Positions 23,646 through 32,180 of a stretch of DNA of 48,014 bases are shown in pieces (position 1 is the stretch's first letter; every line of letters begins with the position of its first letter). Under the pieces are notes generated by a model, which made no database searches, had not been told where the DNA came from, and worked only from the letters and a program-made list of their open reading frames with translations. Position numbers and translations under genes: made by a program. The DNA comes from Acidimicrobiales bacterium (GTDB lineage Bacteria; Actinomycetota; Acidimicrobiia; Acidimicrobiales; AC-14). The stretch lies in NCBI GenBank assembly GCA_036259055.1, contig DATACM010000356.1:1-48014 (forward strand). Reading direction: 5' to 3'.

Positions 23646-24818
23646 TCACCCGCTCCAGACGGCCCTCCCCACCTGGACGAGCCCGGAGACGTCGTAGATG
23701 TCGGTGTCGAAGGACGGGATGCTCACCACCACCTCGGCGGACGCGGCCAGCTCGGCCCGCAGCTCGGCCTCCCGCTTGGCCACCACCTGGAAGTTGAGGA
23801 AGCTCTCCGCCACCTCCCGCAGCACCCGGCTGACCGCCTGGGGCGGGCCCGCCTCGGGAAGGGCGTCGGCCAGCGCCGGGGCCTCGGCCGCCAGGCGCTC
23901 GGCGACCTCGGCGGCGGAGGGGTCCAGCAGGTAGGGCGGGAGCACCTTGTTGAGCACCAGCGCCCCGGCGTGGAAGCCCTGGGCGGCGAGGGCGGAGAGG
24001 AAGAACTCGGCCTCCCGCACGGGCGCCGCCTCCAGCGTCGTGACGACGAGGAACGTCGTGCGCCGATCGTGGAGGAGGTGCTTCACGGCGCGGGCCCGCT
24101 CGGCGAACCCCGGGTACATGGTCTGGAAGAGCAGGAAGAACTCGGCGATGTCCTCGAGGAACTGCGAGCCCAGGATCCGGTCGGCGACCTGGTAGAAGGG
24201 CCGGGTGGCCAGGTTCAGCATGCGTGATCGGGCCGGGCCGGTCAGCCAGCGCAGGAGCCGGCTGGAGAAGAAGTCGGCCATCCGGTCGGGAGCGGCCAGG
24301 AAGTCGATGGCGTGGCGGGTGGGTGGGGTGTCGACGACGATCAGGTCATAGCGGCCGGAGCGGTGGAGGTCGTAGAGCCGCTCCATGGCGATGTACTCGT
24401 GGCTCTGCACGAAGCGGGCCGAGATGTTCTGGTAGAGCGGGTTCTCGAGGATCCGACGGGCGGTGCGGGCGTCGGGCGCATGGCGGCGCACGAGGTCGTC
24501 CCATTCCTGCTTCGTGTCGAGCATGGCCGCCCACAGGTCGCCTCTCGGCTCGACCCCCGCCTTCTTCAAGGCCTCCGACGAGACGCGGGTCTCGACGTTG
24601 CCCAGCGCCTCCAGGCCGAGGGCGTCAGCCAGGCGGCGCGCCGGGTCGACGGTGAGGACCAACACCGTGCCTCCCAGGGAGAGGCTGGCCATGGTGGCGG
24701 CGGCGGCAGCCACCGTGGTCTTGCCCACCCCCCCGGCGCCGCAGCAGATGGCGATCTCCTTGGCGGCGAGGAGCTGCTCGAGGGAGCCGGAGGAACGCCG
24801 GGCGGGAGCGCGTGCCAC
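23646..24818 (-). CDS. ArsA/Get3-like ATPase, paralogue 2
   Basis: GTG 24818 lies 5 nt after the upstream stop. P-loop 'CCGAGGVGKTTVAAA', plus 'LVLTVDPARRL' and 'YDLIVVDTPPTRH'. Confidence 0.8.
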   Translation of the reverse strand: MARAPARRSSGSLEQLLAAKEIAICCGAGGVGKTTVAAAAATMASLSLGGTVLVLTVDPARRLADALGLEALGNVETRVSSEALKKAGVEPRGDLWAAMLDTKQEWDDLVRRHAPDARTARRILENPLYQNISARFVQSHEYIAMERLYDLHRSGRYDLIVVDTPPTRHAIDFLAAPDRMADFFSSRLLRWLTGPARSRMLNLATRPFYQVADRILGSQFLEDIAEFFLLFQTMYPGFAERARAVKHLLHDRRTTFLVVTTLEAAPVREAEFFLSALAAQGFHAGALVLNKVLPPYLLDPSAAEVAERLAAEAPALADALPEAGPPQAVSRVLREVAESFLNFQVVAKREAELRAELAASAEVVVSIPSFDTDIYDVSGLVQVGRAVWSG

Positions 24819-24823
24819 CGGCG

Positions 24824-25771
24824 TCAGTAGCCGAGCTCGGCGGAGAGGGCGTCCGCCGTCTGTGCGGTGGTGCGCAGCCCGTGGCCGCGGGCGAAGAGGT
24901 AGGGGACGAACAGGAGGGGGATGTCGCCCACCGCGTCCATGAGACGTTCGAGGTGCCCGGCACGGGTGCGGCGGAGCGTGACGGCCAGGCGGGCCGCCTC
25001 GAAGACGTCGTCGACGGGACCGCCGGCCTTCTCCGAGACCACGCCGGCCAGCGCCGGCTGGCGCAGGCGCTCGAACAGCTCCTCGTCGCTGTGGCTGAAC
25101 AGCTCGGGGAGGACCCGGTTGACCACGATGGCGGCGACGTCGACCTCGGTCTCCCGTCGCAAGCGCCCGATCAGGTCGATGGTCTCGTTGACCGGCATCT
25201 CCTCGGGCGTGGTGACGATGACGACCCCAGTGACCGCCGGGTCGCCGAGGATCTCGAGCATCCAACCCGTCTGCTGGTGCACCGGCCCCACCCGGACGAG
25301 GTCGTCGATGGCCTGGGGGGCCGCCAGCTGACCGACGACGTGGCCGCTGGCGGCGGCGTCGGTGACGACGAGGTCGTAGTGGCGCTCGCGGACCTCGTAG
25401 GCCAGCTTGCCCACGGTGAGGATCTCGCGCACGCCCGGCGCGGCGGTGGCCACGAAGTCGAAGGCGCGCGCCAGCGGCCCGACGCGGGCCACGGCGGGGA
25501 GCCGGAGCTGGATGCGCAGGTACTCCTGCAGCGACTCCTCGGTGTTCATCGACATGGCGAAGAGCCGCGGCTGCACCTCCCGGGGCCGGAACCCGACGGG
25601 CGCCGACTCGAAGAACTCGGCAAGGTCGCCCTTGGCGTCGACATCGCACGCCAGCACCCTCGCTCCCCGCTGAGCGGCGAGGAGCGAGAGGGCGGCGGCG
25701 ATCGACGTCTTTCCCGTCCCTCCCTTTCCGGTGACGAACAGCAGTCGCCGGCTGAGCAGGTCGACGGCCAT
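24824..25771 (-). CDS. ArsA/Get3-like ATPase, paralogue 1
   Basis: P-loop 'VTGKGGTGKTSIAAA', plus 'YDLVVTDAAASGH'. The pairing with a second ArsA-like gene matches the M. tuberculosis Rv3679/Rv3680 arrangement (from memory). Confidence 0.85.
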   Translation of the reverse strand: MAVDLLSRRLLFVTGKGGTGKTSIAAALSLLAAQRGARVLACDVDAKGDLAEFFESAPVGFRPREVQPRLFAMSMNTEESLQEYLRIQLRLPAVARVGPLARAFDFVATAAPGVREILTVGKLAYEVRERHYDLVVTDAAASGHVVGQLAAPQAIDDLVRVGPVHQQTGWMLEILGDPAVTGVVIVTTPEEMPVNETIDLIGRLRRETEVDVAAIVVNRVLPELFSHSDEELFERLRQPALAGVVSEKAGGPVDDVFEAARLAVTLRRTRAGHLERLMDAVGDIPLLFVPYLFARGHGLRTTAQTADALSAELGY

Positions 25772-25797
25772 CGGTGACTTCGGCGGGACGGCTCGGC

Positions 25798-26034
25798 TCA
25801 GAGGGCGCTGAAGCCCACCCGGCGGTCCCCGGCGTCGCTGCCTATCTCGACGTAGGAGACCTTGTCGGTGGCCACACCGACTCGCCGGCCCTTCCGGTCG
25901 ACGAGCCAGAGCACCGAGTCATTGCCGCCCAGGACCTTGCTGATCTCGTCGGCCAGGCTCTGGCCGTCGTCTTCGGCCTCGACGTCGACCTCGATCTCCT
26001 TGGTCGAGTGCGTCACTCCGATCCGAACCTGCAC
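25798..26034 (-). CDS. DUF3107 family protein
   Basis: GTG 26034 lies 6 nt after GAGGAG. 'VQVRIGVTHSTKEIEVDVE...VLWLVDRKGRRVGVATDKVSYVEIG' matches the short DUF3107 family, which typically sits beside the ArsA-like pair. Confidence 0.7.
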   Translation of the reverse strand: MQVRIGVTHSTKEIEVDVEAEDDGQSLADEISKVLGGNDSVLWLVDRKGRRVGVATDKVSYVEIGSDAGDRRVGFSAL

Positions 26035-26177
26035 GGGCGTCTCCTCGTGGGTGTCCGCCCAAGCGTAGATGCTGGCGTCGCGGGCGCCGGCGGGACCCCG
26101 TCCCGGCGGGGCCGCGGGAGACTGGGCCCATCGCCTCCCGTCTGCTGCCGCGGGCCTGCGCCGTCGCCGTCGCCGCC

Positions 26178-27266
26178 GTGCTCGTCGCCGACGGGATCGT
26201 CGTCGCCCTCCGCCTCGGAGAGGACGAGCGGCGGGTCCCCCCCGCCCTCGAGCAAGTCGTGCTCGAGCTCGAGGCCTTCGTCGAACGGGAGCGGGGCCAG
26301 CGCTTCGTGCGCCCGGTCGACGTGCGCCTGGTGTCGGACGAGCGGTTCGAGGCGGCGGTGCGCCGGCTGCGGCGGGACCAGAGCGGCGACGAGGGTGACG
26401 AGCGGGTGTTCGTCGGCCTGTTCCGGGCGCTGGGCCTGGTGGAGGGGGATTTCGACCCGACGGCGATCGAGGAGGGCTCCGACGACCGCATCCTCGGCTT
26501 CTACGACCCCGAGGGCGACGTCCTTCTGGTCCGCGGCTCCCGGCCCACACCCGCGGTACGGCGCGTGCTCGTCCACGAGCTCACCCACGCCCTCGACGAC
26601 CAGCTCTTCGGGCTCGAGCGCCCGGAGCTGGACGAGCGCGACGACGAGGCGTCCATCGCCTTCCAGGCGCTGGTCGAAGGCGACGCCGTGCGGGTCGAGT
26701 CCCGGTACTTCGCCTCGCTCTCCCCCGAGGACCGGCGCCAGGCCGAGATCGACGGCAACCCCCCAGGGACCGCCGAACCAGCGGCGCCCCGGGTGTTCGA
26801 GGCGCTGCTGGCCTTCCCGTACGAGGCGGGCGAGGCCCTGGTGGACGCCCTCCTGCGGGCGGGCGGGGCGCCGCGCCTGGACGCCGCCCTGGTCGACCCC
26901 CCGGTGTCCACCGAGGCGGTGTTGCATCCCGAGCGCTACCTCGCCGGGGAGCAGCCGAAGGCCGTGGCCGACCCCGAGCCGGCGGGCGACCCGGTGGACG
27001 GCGGCGTGCTGGGCGAGCTGATCCTGCGCCTCCTCCTCCAGACGAGCACGGATCGGGCGACGGCGGCAAGGGCCGCCGAGGGCTGGGGCGGCGACCGCTA
27101 CGTCGCCTGGTTCGACGGCGACCGGCTCTGCGTGAAGGCCGCCGTCGTGATGGACACGCCGGCCGACCGGGCCGAGCTGGTGACCGGGCTGCGTCGCTGG
27201 GCCGAGGGCCATCCCGGCGCCGCCGTCCTCGACGGCGACCCCCTCACCCTCCTCCGCTGCGAGTAA
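26178..27266 (+). CDS. HExxH metalloprotease-like protein (N-terminus unresolved)
   Basis: 'VLVHELTHALDDQ' is a zincin motif, and 'FQALVEGDAVRVE' is a possible third-ligand region. The in-frame sequence upstream of GTG 26178 has no stop and encodes a hydrophobic segment. Confidence 0.65.
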   Translation: MLVADGIVVALRLGEDERRVPPALEQVVLELEAFVERERGQRFVRPVDVRLVSDERFEAAVRRLRRDQSGDEGDERVFVGLFRALGLVEGDFDPTAIEEGSDDRILGFYDPEGDVLLVRGSRPTPAVRRVLVHELTHALDDQLFGLERPELDERDDEASIAFQALVEGDAVRVESRYFASLSPEDRRQAEIDGNPPGTAEPAAPRVFEALLAFPYEAGEALVDALLRAGGAPRLDAALVDPPVSTEAVLHPERYLAGEQPKAVADPEPAGDPVDGGVLGELILRLLLQTSTDRATAARAAEGWGGDRYVAWFDGDRLCVKAAVVMDTPADRAELVTGLRRWAEGHPGAAVLDGDPLTLLRCE

Positions 27267-27391
27267 GGGCGGGCTCGAGCCGCCCGTGTATCAAGCGGCG
27301 GGCGAGACGCTCTCTCTTGGCGAGCGGGCCAGCGAGACCGCGGGACGACCAGTGCAGGACTGGCCGGGAGGTGCACACCCAAGGAGTTCCC

Positions 27392-27565
27392 ATGCCAGAG
27401 ATGTTCACCTGTGCGGAGCCGGGCTGTAACCAGCCGGTCTCCTACGAGCGCCAGGACACGTTGTTCTTCAGTGGCCGCCGGCAACGGCCCAACATCTTCA
27501 GTCGGGTGAAGACCGTCTACCTCATGTGCCCGAACGGTCACCAGCGGCCGTACAAGGTGCGCTAG
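27392..27565 (+). CDS. zinc-ribbon-like microprotein (57 aa)
   Basis: ATG 27392 lies 5 nt after AAGGAG. 'CAEPGC ... CPNGH' is a C-x4-C / C-x3-H pair. Codons with A/T at the third position (cca, tgt, ttg, agt, caa, ggt) are unusual for this window. Confidence 0.55.
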   Translation: MPEMFTCAEPGCNQPVSYERQDTLFFSGRRQRPNIFSRVKTVYLMCPNGHQRPYKVR

Positions 27566-28285
27566 ATGGCCGCTCCCACGCTCGAAGAGGTGATGATCAA
27601 CGACCTCTACTGGTTCGCGCGCGCCAGGGCTCTGGTGGACAACGCCATCCTCAGCCGCGAGGAGGCGGCCGCCAAGCTCCTCTCGGCCGTTGGCTGGTTC
27701 TGGACGGTGTACTCGACCGTCGCCATCGTCGGCACCGCGATCGCCGACACCTCGTTCTCCTGGTGGGTCGCCGTGGCCCTGGCGCTGCCCGCCGTTTCGC
27801 TCCTGTTCGCCTACCTGCTCGGCCTGCGCGTCCTGATGCCGCACGACGGTTGCTTCGACCGTCAGTCCCCCACCGAGATCGAGGAGGCGTGCAACGCGAT
27901 CCTCGGGCTGAAGAAGCGTCGGCTGAAGGTCGCAGTAGGGGCGACGATCGTCGCGGCCGCGACGGTCGTGGGCGCGGTCCTGGCCGCCGCCGTGACGTCG
28001 CCGGCGACCGATCAGACCCTCTCGGCGCGGTTCCGGCCGGCCGGTGACGAAGGACGCCTCGTGGTGGCGGCCCGCGTCCAGGCCGAGACCGACGTCGTCG
28101 TCTCGGTGCGCCCGGAGGGGACCACGCCAGAGGCGCGGCCCGTGGAGGTCATCGAGCGCAGCTCCAAGCGCGGCGATGTCCGCAGCGACGTCGCCGTACC
28201 GCTTGCCGGGTCGTACGAGGTCGAGCTCGAGTGGGTCGACGACGACCTGACCAGATCCGTGTCCAAGAACGTTCCCGGAGCATGA
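27566..28285 (+). CDS. three-TM membrane protein, unknown function
   Basis: Its ATG directly abuts the upstream TAG (TAGATG). It has an N-terminal helix 'LYWFARARALVDNAILSREEAAAKLL' followed by a TM hairpin, then a third TM and a beta-rich C-terminal domain of about 100 aa. Confidence 0.6.
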   Translation: MAAPTLEEVMINDLYWFARARALVDNAILSREEAAAKLLSAVGWFWTVYSTVAIVGTAIADTSFSWWVAVALALPAVSLLFAYLLGLRVLMPHDGCFDRQSPTEIEEACNAILGLKKRRLKVAVGATIVAAATVVGAVLAAAVTSPATDQTLSARFRPAGDEGRLVVAARVQAETDVVVSVRPEGTTPEARPVEVIERSSKRGDVRSDVAVPLAGSYEVELEWVDDDLTRSVSKNVPGA

Positions 28286-28313
28286 GCTCCCCGTCGCCAA
28301 CCTGGGAGGACCG

Positions 28314-29396
28314 ATGCCTGCCGCCGACGAAGTGATCCCACTCGAGTCCCCGACGCTCGCCAGCCCGCTGGAGCGAGCCGCACATGCCTTCGCCGCCGCC
28401 AGGGGACGCCCCGCCGTCTTCTACTTCCTGGCCCATCACGAGCCGATAGGGACGAAGAACGTGCGAGAGCTCGGCGAGCGGATGCCGGACGAGAAGCTCC
28501 CCGAGCTCGATCTGGTCATCCATTCGTCCGGCGGCGACATCCATGCCGCCTATCAGCTGATCTCTTTCCTGCGGCGCCGCACCGACAAGCTCATGGCGTG
28601 CGTTCCGCGCTACGCCAGGAGTGCGGCGACGTTGCTGTGCATCGGCGCCGACCTGATCATCATCGACGAGCTGGCGGGGCTCGGCCCCCTCGACGCCCAG
28701 ATCTACGACGGGACGAACGACGCCGGGCAGGCGAACTACAAGTCCGCTCTCAACCAGCTCAAGGGGCTCGAGCGCCTGCGGGACTTCTCCCAAGAGACCC
28801 TGTTCGAGACGGCTGCTTCACTGTGGGACAAGGGGGTCAACGCCACGACCGAGGACACCCTGAGGAACGCGAGGGAGTTCGTGAGGGTCGTCACCGCCCC
28901 GCTCTTCGACAAGATCGAGTCCCACCGGCTCGGGGACTACAGCCAGGCGCTGGCGATCGGCGAGGAGTACGGCAAGCGCCTCCTCCGCCGGCTGCCGGGC
29001 GTCCCTCAGCCGGACCAGGAGCGAATCGTGCGCAAGCTCGTCCACGAGTACCCCTCACACGAGTACGTGATCGACTACCAGGAGCTGGTCGACCTCCATC
29101 TCCCGGTGAGGTTGTTCGAGGGCGAGGAGAAGGCGGCCGCCCGCGTCCTGGCCAACCACGTCGACGAGAGGCTCGTGGCGTTCTTCGACCCGCTCGGGAC
29201 CCGCTTCGACGGGCACAAGGCTCAGCAGGAGGAAGGGCCCGCCGAAGAGGCCGGTGCCGAAGGCACCCGGCCGGCGCCGCCGGGCCGCGGGAACGAGCTC
29301 GACGTCGCCGCCCGGTCGGGCGGGCGGGCCCAGTCCGCGGCCACCACGTTCTCCCAAGGCCAGAGCGGCGTCCCGACGGAGAACCCCTGGCGCTGA
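28314..29396 (+). CDS. SDH-family (serine dehydrogenase proteinase) ClpP/crotonase-fold serine protease
   Basis: RBS GGGAGGA. 'LDLVIHSSGGDIHAAYQLISFLRR' and 'VPRYARSAATLLCIGADLIIIDELAGLGPLDAQI' match the family core as I recall it (oxyanion GG, Ser nucleophile). The C-terminal tail is low-complexity. Confidence 0.75.
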   Translation: MPAADEVIPLESPTLASPLERAAHAFAAARGRPAVFYFLAHHEPIGTKNVRELGERMPDEKLPELDLVIHSSGGDIHAAYQLISFLRRRTDKLMACVPRYARSAATLLCIGADLIIIDELAGLGPLDAQIYDGTNDAGQANYKSALNQLKGLERLRDFSQETLFETAASLWDKGVNATTEDTLRNAREFVRVVTAPLFDKIESHRLGDYSQALAIGEEYGKRLLRRLPGVPQPDQERIVRKLVHEYPSHEYVIDYQELVDLHLPVRLFEGEEKAAARVLANHVDERLVAFFDPLGTRFDGHKAQQEEGPAEEAGAEGTRPAPPGRGNELDVAARSGGRAQSAATTFSQGQSGVPTENPWR

Positions 29397-29403
29397 GAGA
29401 CGA

Positions 29404-30090
29404 TCACGTCTCCGGGCCGGGCTGGTCGCCCGCCGCCGGACGTCCGGTCATCTCCTCGTACCATCGGGGGCGCCGCACGCGGGCCCACGACGCCGGCACC
29501 CGGCCGCTCACCATGCCCCGGAAGGCGTCGGAGTCGGAGAGCGCCATCCAGACGTGACCGAGCACGACGAGGGTGAGGGCCAGCGCCGTCCAGTCGTGCA
29601 CGAAGGTGGCGCCCGTCCGCCAGCTGACCGGGAACGGGGAGAACCAGTGCATGATCGAGCCGGTCCCCAGCATCACCACGCCGGCTCCGGCGACGAAGGC
29701 GGCGTTGAGCTTCTGGCCGGCGTTGAACTTGCCCACTCGCACCGCTGGGTCGCGGCCCCGAGACCGCAGCCAGCGCCGGTCGTGCCCGTCCCAGCGGTTG
29801 AACGCCCGGATGTCGGCGACGAGGCCGCGGCGCCAGCGCCCGGCCAGGCCGAGCACCACCGGGACGGGGAGAAGCAGGCCGGCCACGACGTGCACGCGCC
29901 GCACCACCTGGCGGCGCCCGACCACGACCGACAGCTCGCCGATGTAGAGCACGGCGGCGGTCACCATGAGCACGAGGACCAGGGCGGCGGTGCACCAGTG
30001 CACCGCCCGCTCGCAGCGGTCGAACCGCAGCAGCCACCGGGGCGGCGACGACCGGCTGTCCGACGCGACCTCAGACGGGAGGGTCGTCAC
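29404..30090 (-). CDS. cytochrome b (Ni-hydrogenase/FdnI-type) membrane subunit
   Basis: GTG 30090. It has four TM helices with conserved His ('RAVHWCTAALV', 'VRRVHVVAG', 'TFVHDWTALALTLVVLGHVW'). It overlaps the upstream Moco oxidoreductase gene by 20 nt. Confidence 0.7.
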   Translation of the reverse strand: MTTLPSEVASDSRSSPPRWLLRFDRCERAVHWCTAALVLVLMVTAAVLYIGELSVVVGRRQVVRRVHVVAGLLLPVPVVLGLAGRWRRGLVADIRAFNRWDGHDRRWLRSRGRDPAVRVGKFNAGQKLNAAFVAGAGVVMLGTGSIMHWFSPFPVSWRTGATFVHDWTALALTLVVLGHVWMALSDSDAFRGMVSGRVPASWARVRRPRWYEEMTGRPAAGDQPGPET

Positions 30091-30784
30091 GGCCGTTCGA
30101 CCTCCCGATCCAGGCGTCGACGTCGTACCCCCGCTCCTCCCAGAACCCCGGCGCCGGGGGGCCCTCGGTGACCTCCACCCTCTCCAGCCACTTGCACGAC
30201 TTGTAGCCGTACATGGGCGCCACGTAGAGCCGCACCGGCCCGCCGTGGGCGGTGGTGATGGGGCGGCCCAGCATCTCCCACGCCACGATCACGTCCTCGC
30301 GCCGGGCCTGGTCGAGGGTGAGGCTCTCGGTGTAGCGGCCGTCGAAGGAGTAGAAGCGCACGCCGCCGGCGCCCACCCTGACCCCCGCCCGGTCGAGGAG
30401 CTCGGCGAGGCGCACGCCCTTCCACTTGACGTCGCGGACCCGCCACCCGGTGACGCACTGGAAGTCGCGCGTCAGGCGGGTGACGGGCAGCGACTTGAGG
30501 TCGGCGGCGGTGAGCTCGAGCTGGCGGTCGACGTGGCCGCCCACCCACAGCCGGTACTCGGCCTCGCTGCGCTGGGGAAGGCTGCCGGTGACGGTGTAGA
30601 TGCGGAAACGCCCACTGGGCGCCAGCGACTCCAAACCGAGCCGCCCGGCGACTCCCTGGACGACCCGCTCGAGCCGGTCCTGGATCCTGGCCCCGAAGAG
30701 GACGCCGACGCCGCCCAGTCCGACCATGCCCAGGAAGACGCGCCGCCCGATGGGCGCCTCGCGTGTCGCGTCCGGCCCTGCCAC
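30071..30784 (-). CDS. molybdopterin-dependent oxidoreductase (sulfite oxidase/MsrP-like), Tat signal
   Basis: Twin-arginine 'GRRVFLGMVGLGG'. 'DFQCVTGWRVRDVKWKGVRL', 'GGPVRLYVP'-like 'HGGPVRLYVAPMYGYKSCKWL'. Confidence 0.8.
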   Translation of the reverse strand: MAGPDATREAPIGRRVFLGMVGLGGVGVLFGARIQDRLERVVQGVAGRLGLESLAPSGRFRIYTVTGSLPQRSEAEYRLWVGGHVDRQLELTAADLKSLPVTRLTRDFQCVTGWRVRDVKWKGVRLAELLDRAGVRVGAGGVRFYSFDGRYTESLTLDQARREDVIVAWEMLGRPITTAHGGPVRLYVAPMYGYKSCKWLERVEVTEGPPAPGFWEERGYDVDAWIGRSNGRDDPPV

Positions 30785-30860
30785 TGCTGCCAGGGTACGG
30801 CCGGGTCGCCGCCAATGCCGGGCGCGGCGGCGAGGTCGGGCGTTCCGGTCTCGACCCCCT

Positions 30861-31946
30861 CTAGATCTGCTGGCCTCCGGTGGTGACGCAGGGCTGGTTG
30901 AACGTGCGGTAGCGGTTGCCGAACCACACGTTGGCGTCGCAGTTCGGGTTCGCGTCCTTGAGATCGAAGCTCTCGCCGAACACAGGGCTGGGGATGAACG
31001 GGAGCTGACTGTTGTTCACGGCGACGTTGAACCGGATCCGATTGTTGGTCGCGCCGGGAAAGTTCTGCAGTGGGGGCCGGATGTCGATGCCGCTGTCGGC
31101 GTTCTCGCTCGCCCGGTTGTACTCGACCACGTTCCGCGTCGACCGGGTGAACACGATGATCCCGCTCCCCCGGCGGGCGGTGGTGCGGAAGAAGCCGTTC
31201 CTCGTCACGACGTTGTTGCGCACGACGTTGTCGGAGGTGTCGGCGAACAGCGAGATGCCGTCGAGCCCGTTGCCGTGGACCTGGTTGTTGGTGAAGGTGT
31301 TGAACGCGGCGTCGTTCTCCACCCGGATGCCGTCGTTGTCGGTGTTGACCGGCGACACCTGGTTCCGGCTGATGACGTTGTTGGTGACCGAGTTCCCGTC
31401 GATGAGGTTGTCGCGAGACACGCCCGCCGTCTGGCGAGGATGGTCCTGGTCGACGCGGGAGTAGAGCCCGATCCCCGAGAACGGGCCGTTGTTGTGGGTG
31501 CGGTTGTTGAGGACGCGGTTGCCGCGGGACGACAGGATGGCGATGCCGTCGCCGCCAGTGCCTCCGACCCCGCCGATGTTGTCCCGCGCGACCATTCCGG
31601 TGACGGTGTTGCCCGACCCTCCCTCGACGGCCACGCCGATGTCGAAGCCGCTCACGGTGCCGTTCCTGACGGTGACACCCCTGCGGTTACGCAGGTAGAC
31701 GCCGGCGCGGTCGCCCGAGCCGGGGCGCCCGAAGATCCGGTGGCCGTTGAGGTCGAAGGTGATGTTGTCCGCCCCGATGACGATCCCGTTGTTGGTGCAG
31801 GGCCCGACGTCGTTCTCGAGGACGGTGCTCTGGGTGATCGTCTGCCCGCAGCTCAGGACGGCGGCATGGGCCGGCGCAACCAGCCCCAGGCCGCTTGCCA
31901 GCAGCAGAGCTCCGACCGTGGCGATCCGGCCCGCGTTGCGTCTCAT
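30861..31946 (-). CDS. secreted right-handed parallel beta-helix (PbH1/NosD-like) repeat protein
   Basis: ATG 31946 follows GGAGGAGGA. Signal peptide 'RIATVGALLLASGLGLVAPAHA'. There are many Asn-rich repeats of about 22 aa ('GNTVTGMVARDN', 'GNRVLNNRTHNN', 'NNVVRNNVVTRN'). G+C is visibly lower. Confidence 0.75.
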   Translation of the reverse strand: MRRNAGRIATVGALLLASGLGLVAPAHAAVLSCGQTITQSTVLENDVGPCTNNGIVIGADNITFDLNGHRIFGRPGSGDRAGVYLRNRRGVTVRNGTVSGFDIGVAVEGGSGNTVTGMVARDNIGGVGGTGGDGIAILSSRGNRVLNNRTHNNGPFSGIGLYSRVDQDHPRQTAGVSRDNLIDGNSVTNNVISRNQVSPVNTDNDGIRVENDAAFNTFTNNQVHGNGLDGISLFADTSDNVVRNNVVTRNGFFRTTARRGSGIIVFTRSTRNVVEYNRASENADSGIDIRPPLQNFPGATNNRIRFNVAVNNSQLPFIPSPVFGESFDLKDANPNCDANVWFGNRYRTFNQPCVTTGGQQI

Positions 31947-32019
31947 GCTCCGTCCTCCTCCTACTCCAGCCAACCGAGCCGCCCCCGCGGGAGCGTACCC
32001 GCTGTAGTCCCACATCGTC

Positions 32020-32178
32020 GCTATTGAGCGCACGATCCGCCGACAGGCAGGACGAGGTGCACGTCACTACCGTCTTCGTCACCCACGACCAAGGGAGGCT
32101 GTGGACGTGGCCAGCGAGATCGTGGTGATCATCCGCCAAGGGGCCCCCGATCCCGACCCCACGCCGGCCGGCGGCTGA
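32020..32178 (+). pseudogene. relic of a CysA-like ABC transporter ATPase (H-loop region only, frameshifted)
   Basis: Frame 1 reads '...RQDEVHVTTVFVTHDQG'. After a 1-nt shift at about 32095, frame 2 reads 'EAVDVASEIVVIIRQG...' to the TGA at 32176-32178. Together these give the ABC H-loop block 'TxxFVTHDQxEAxxxAdxIvVm..G'. Walker A, Q-loop and signature motifs are absent. Confidence 0.5.
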
Positions 32179-32180
32179 CC

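Noticed and set aside
27317-27391. Longer 82-aa version of the zinc-ribbon ORF starting at 27317
   Set aside because: The extra 25 codons are Arg/Pro-rich. A near-consensus AAGGAG sits 5 nt before the internal ATG 27392, so the short form is preferred.
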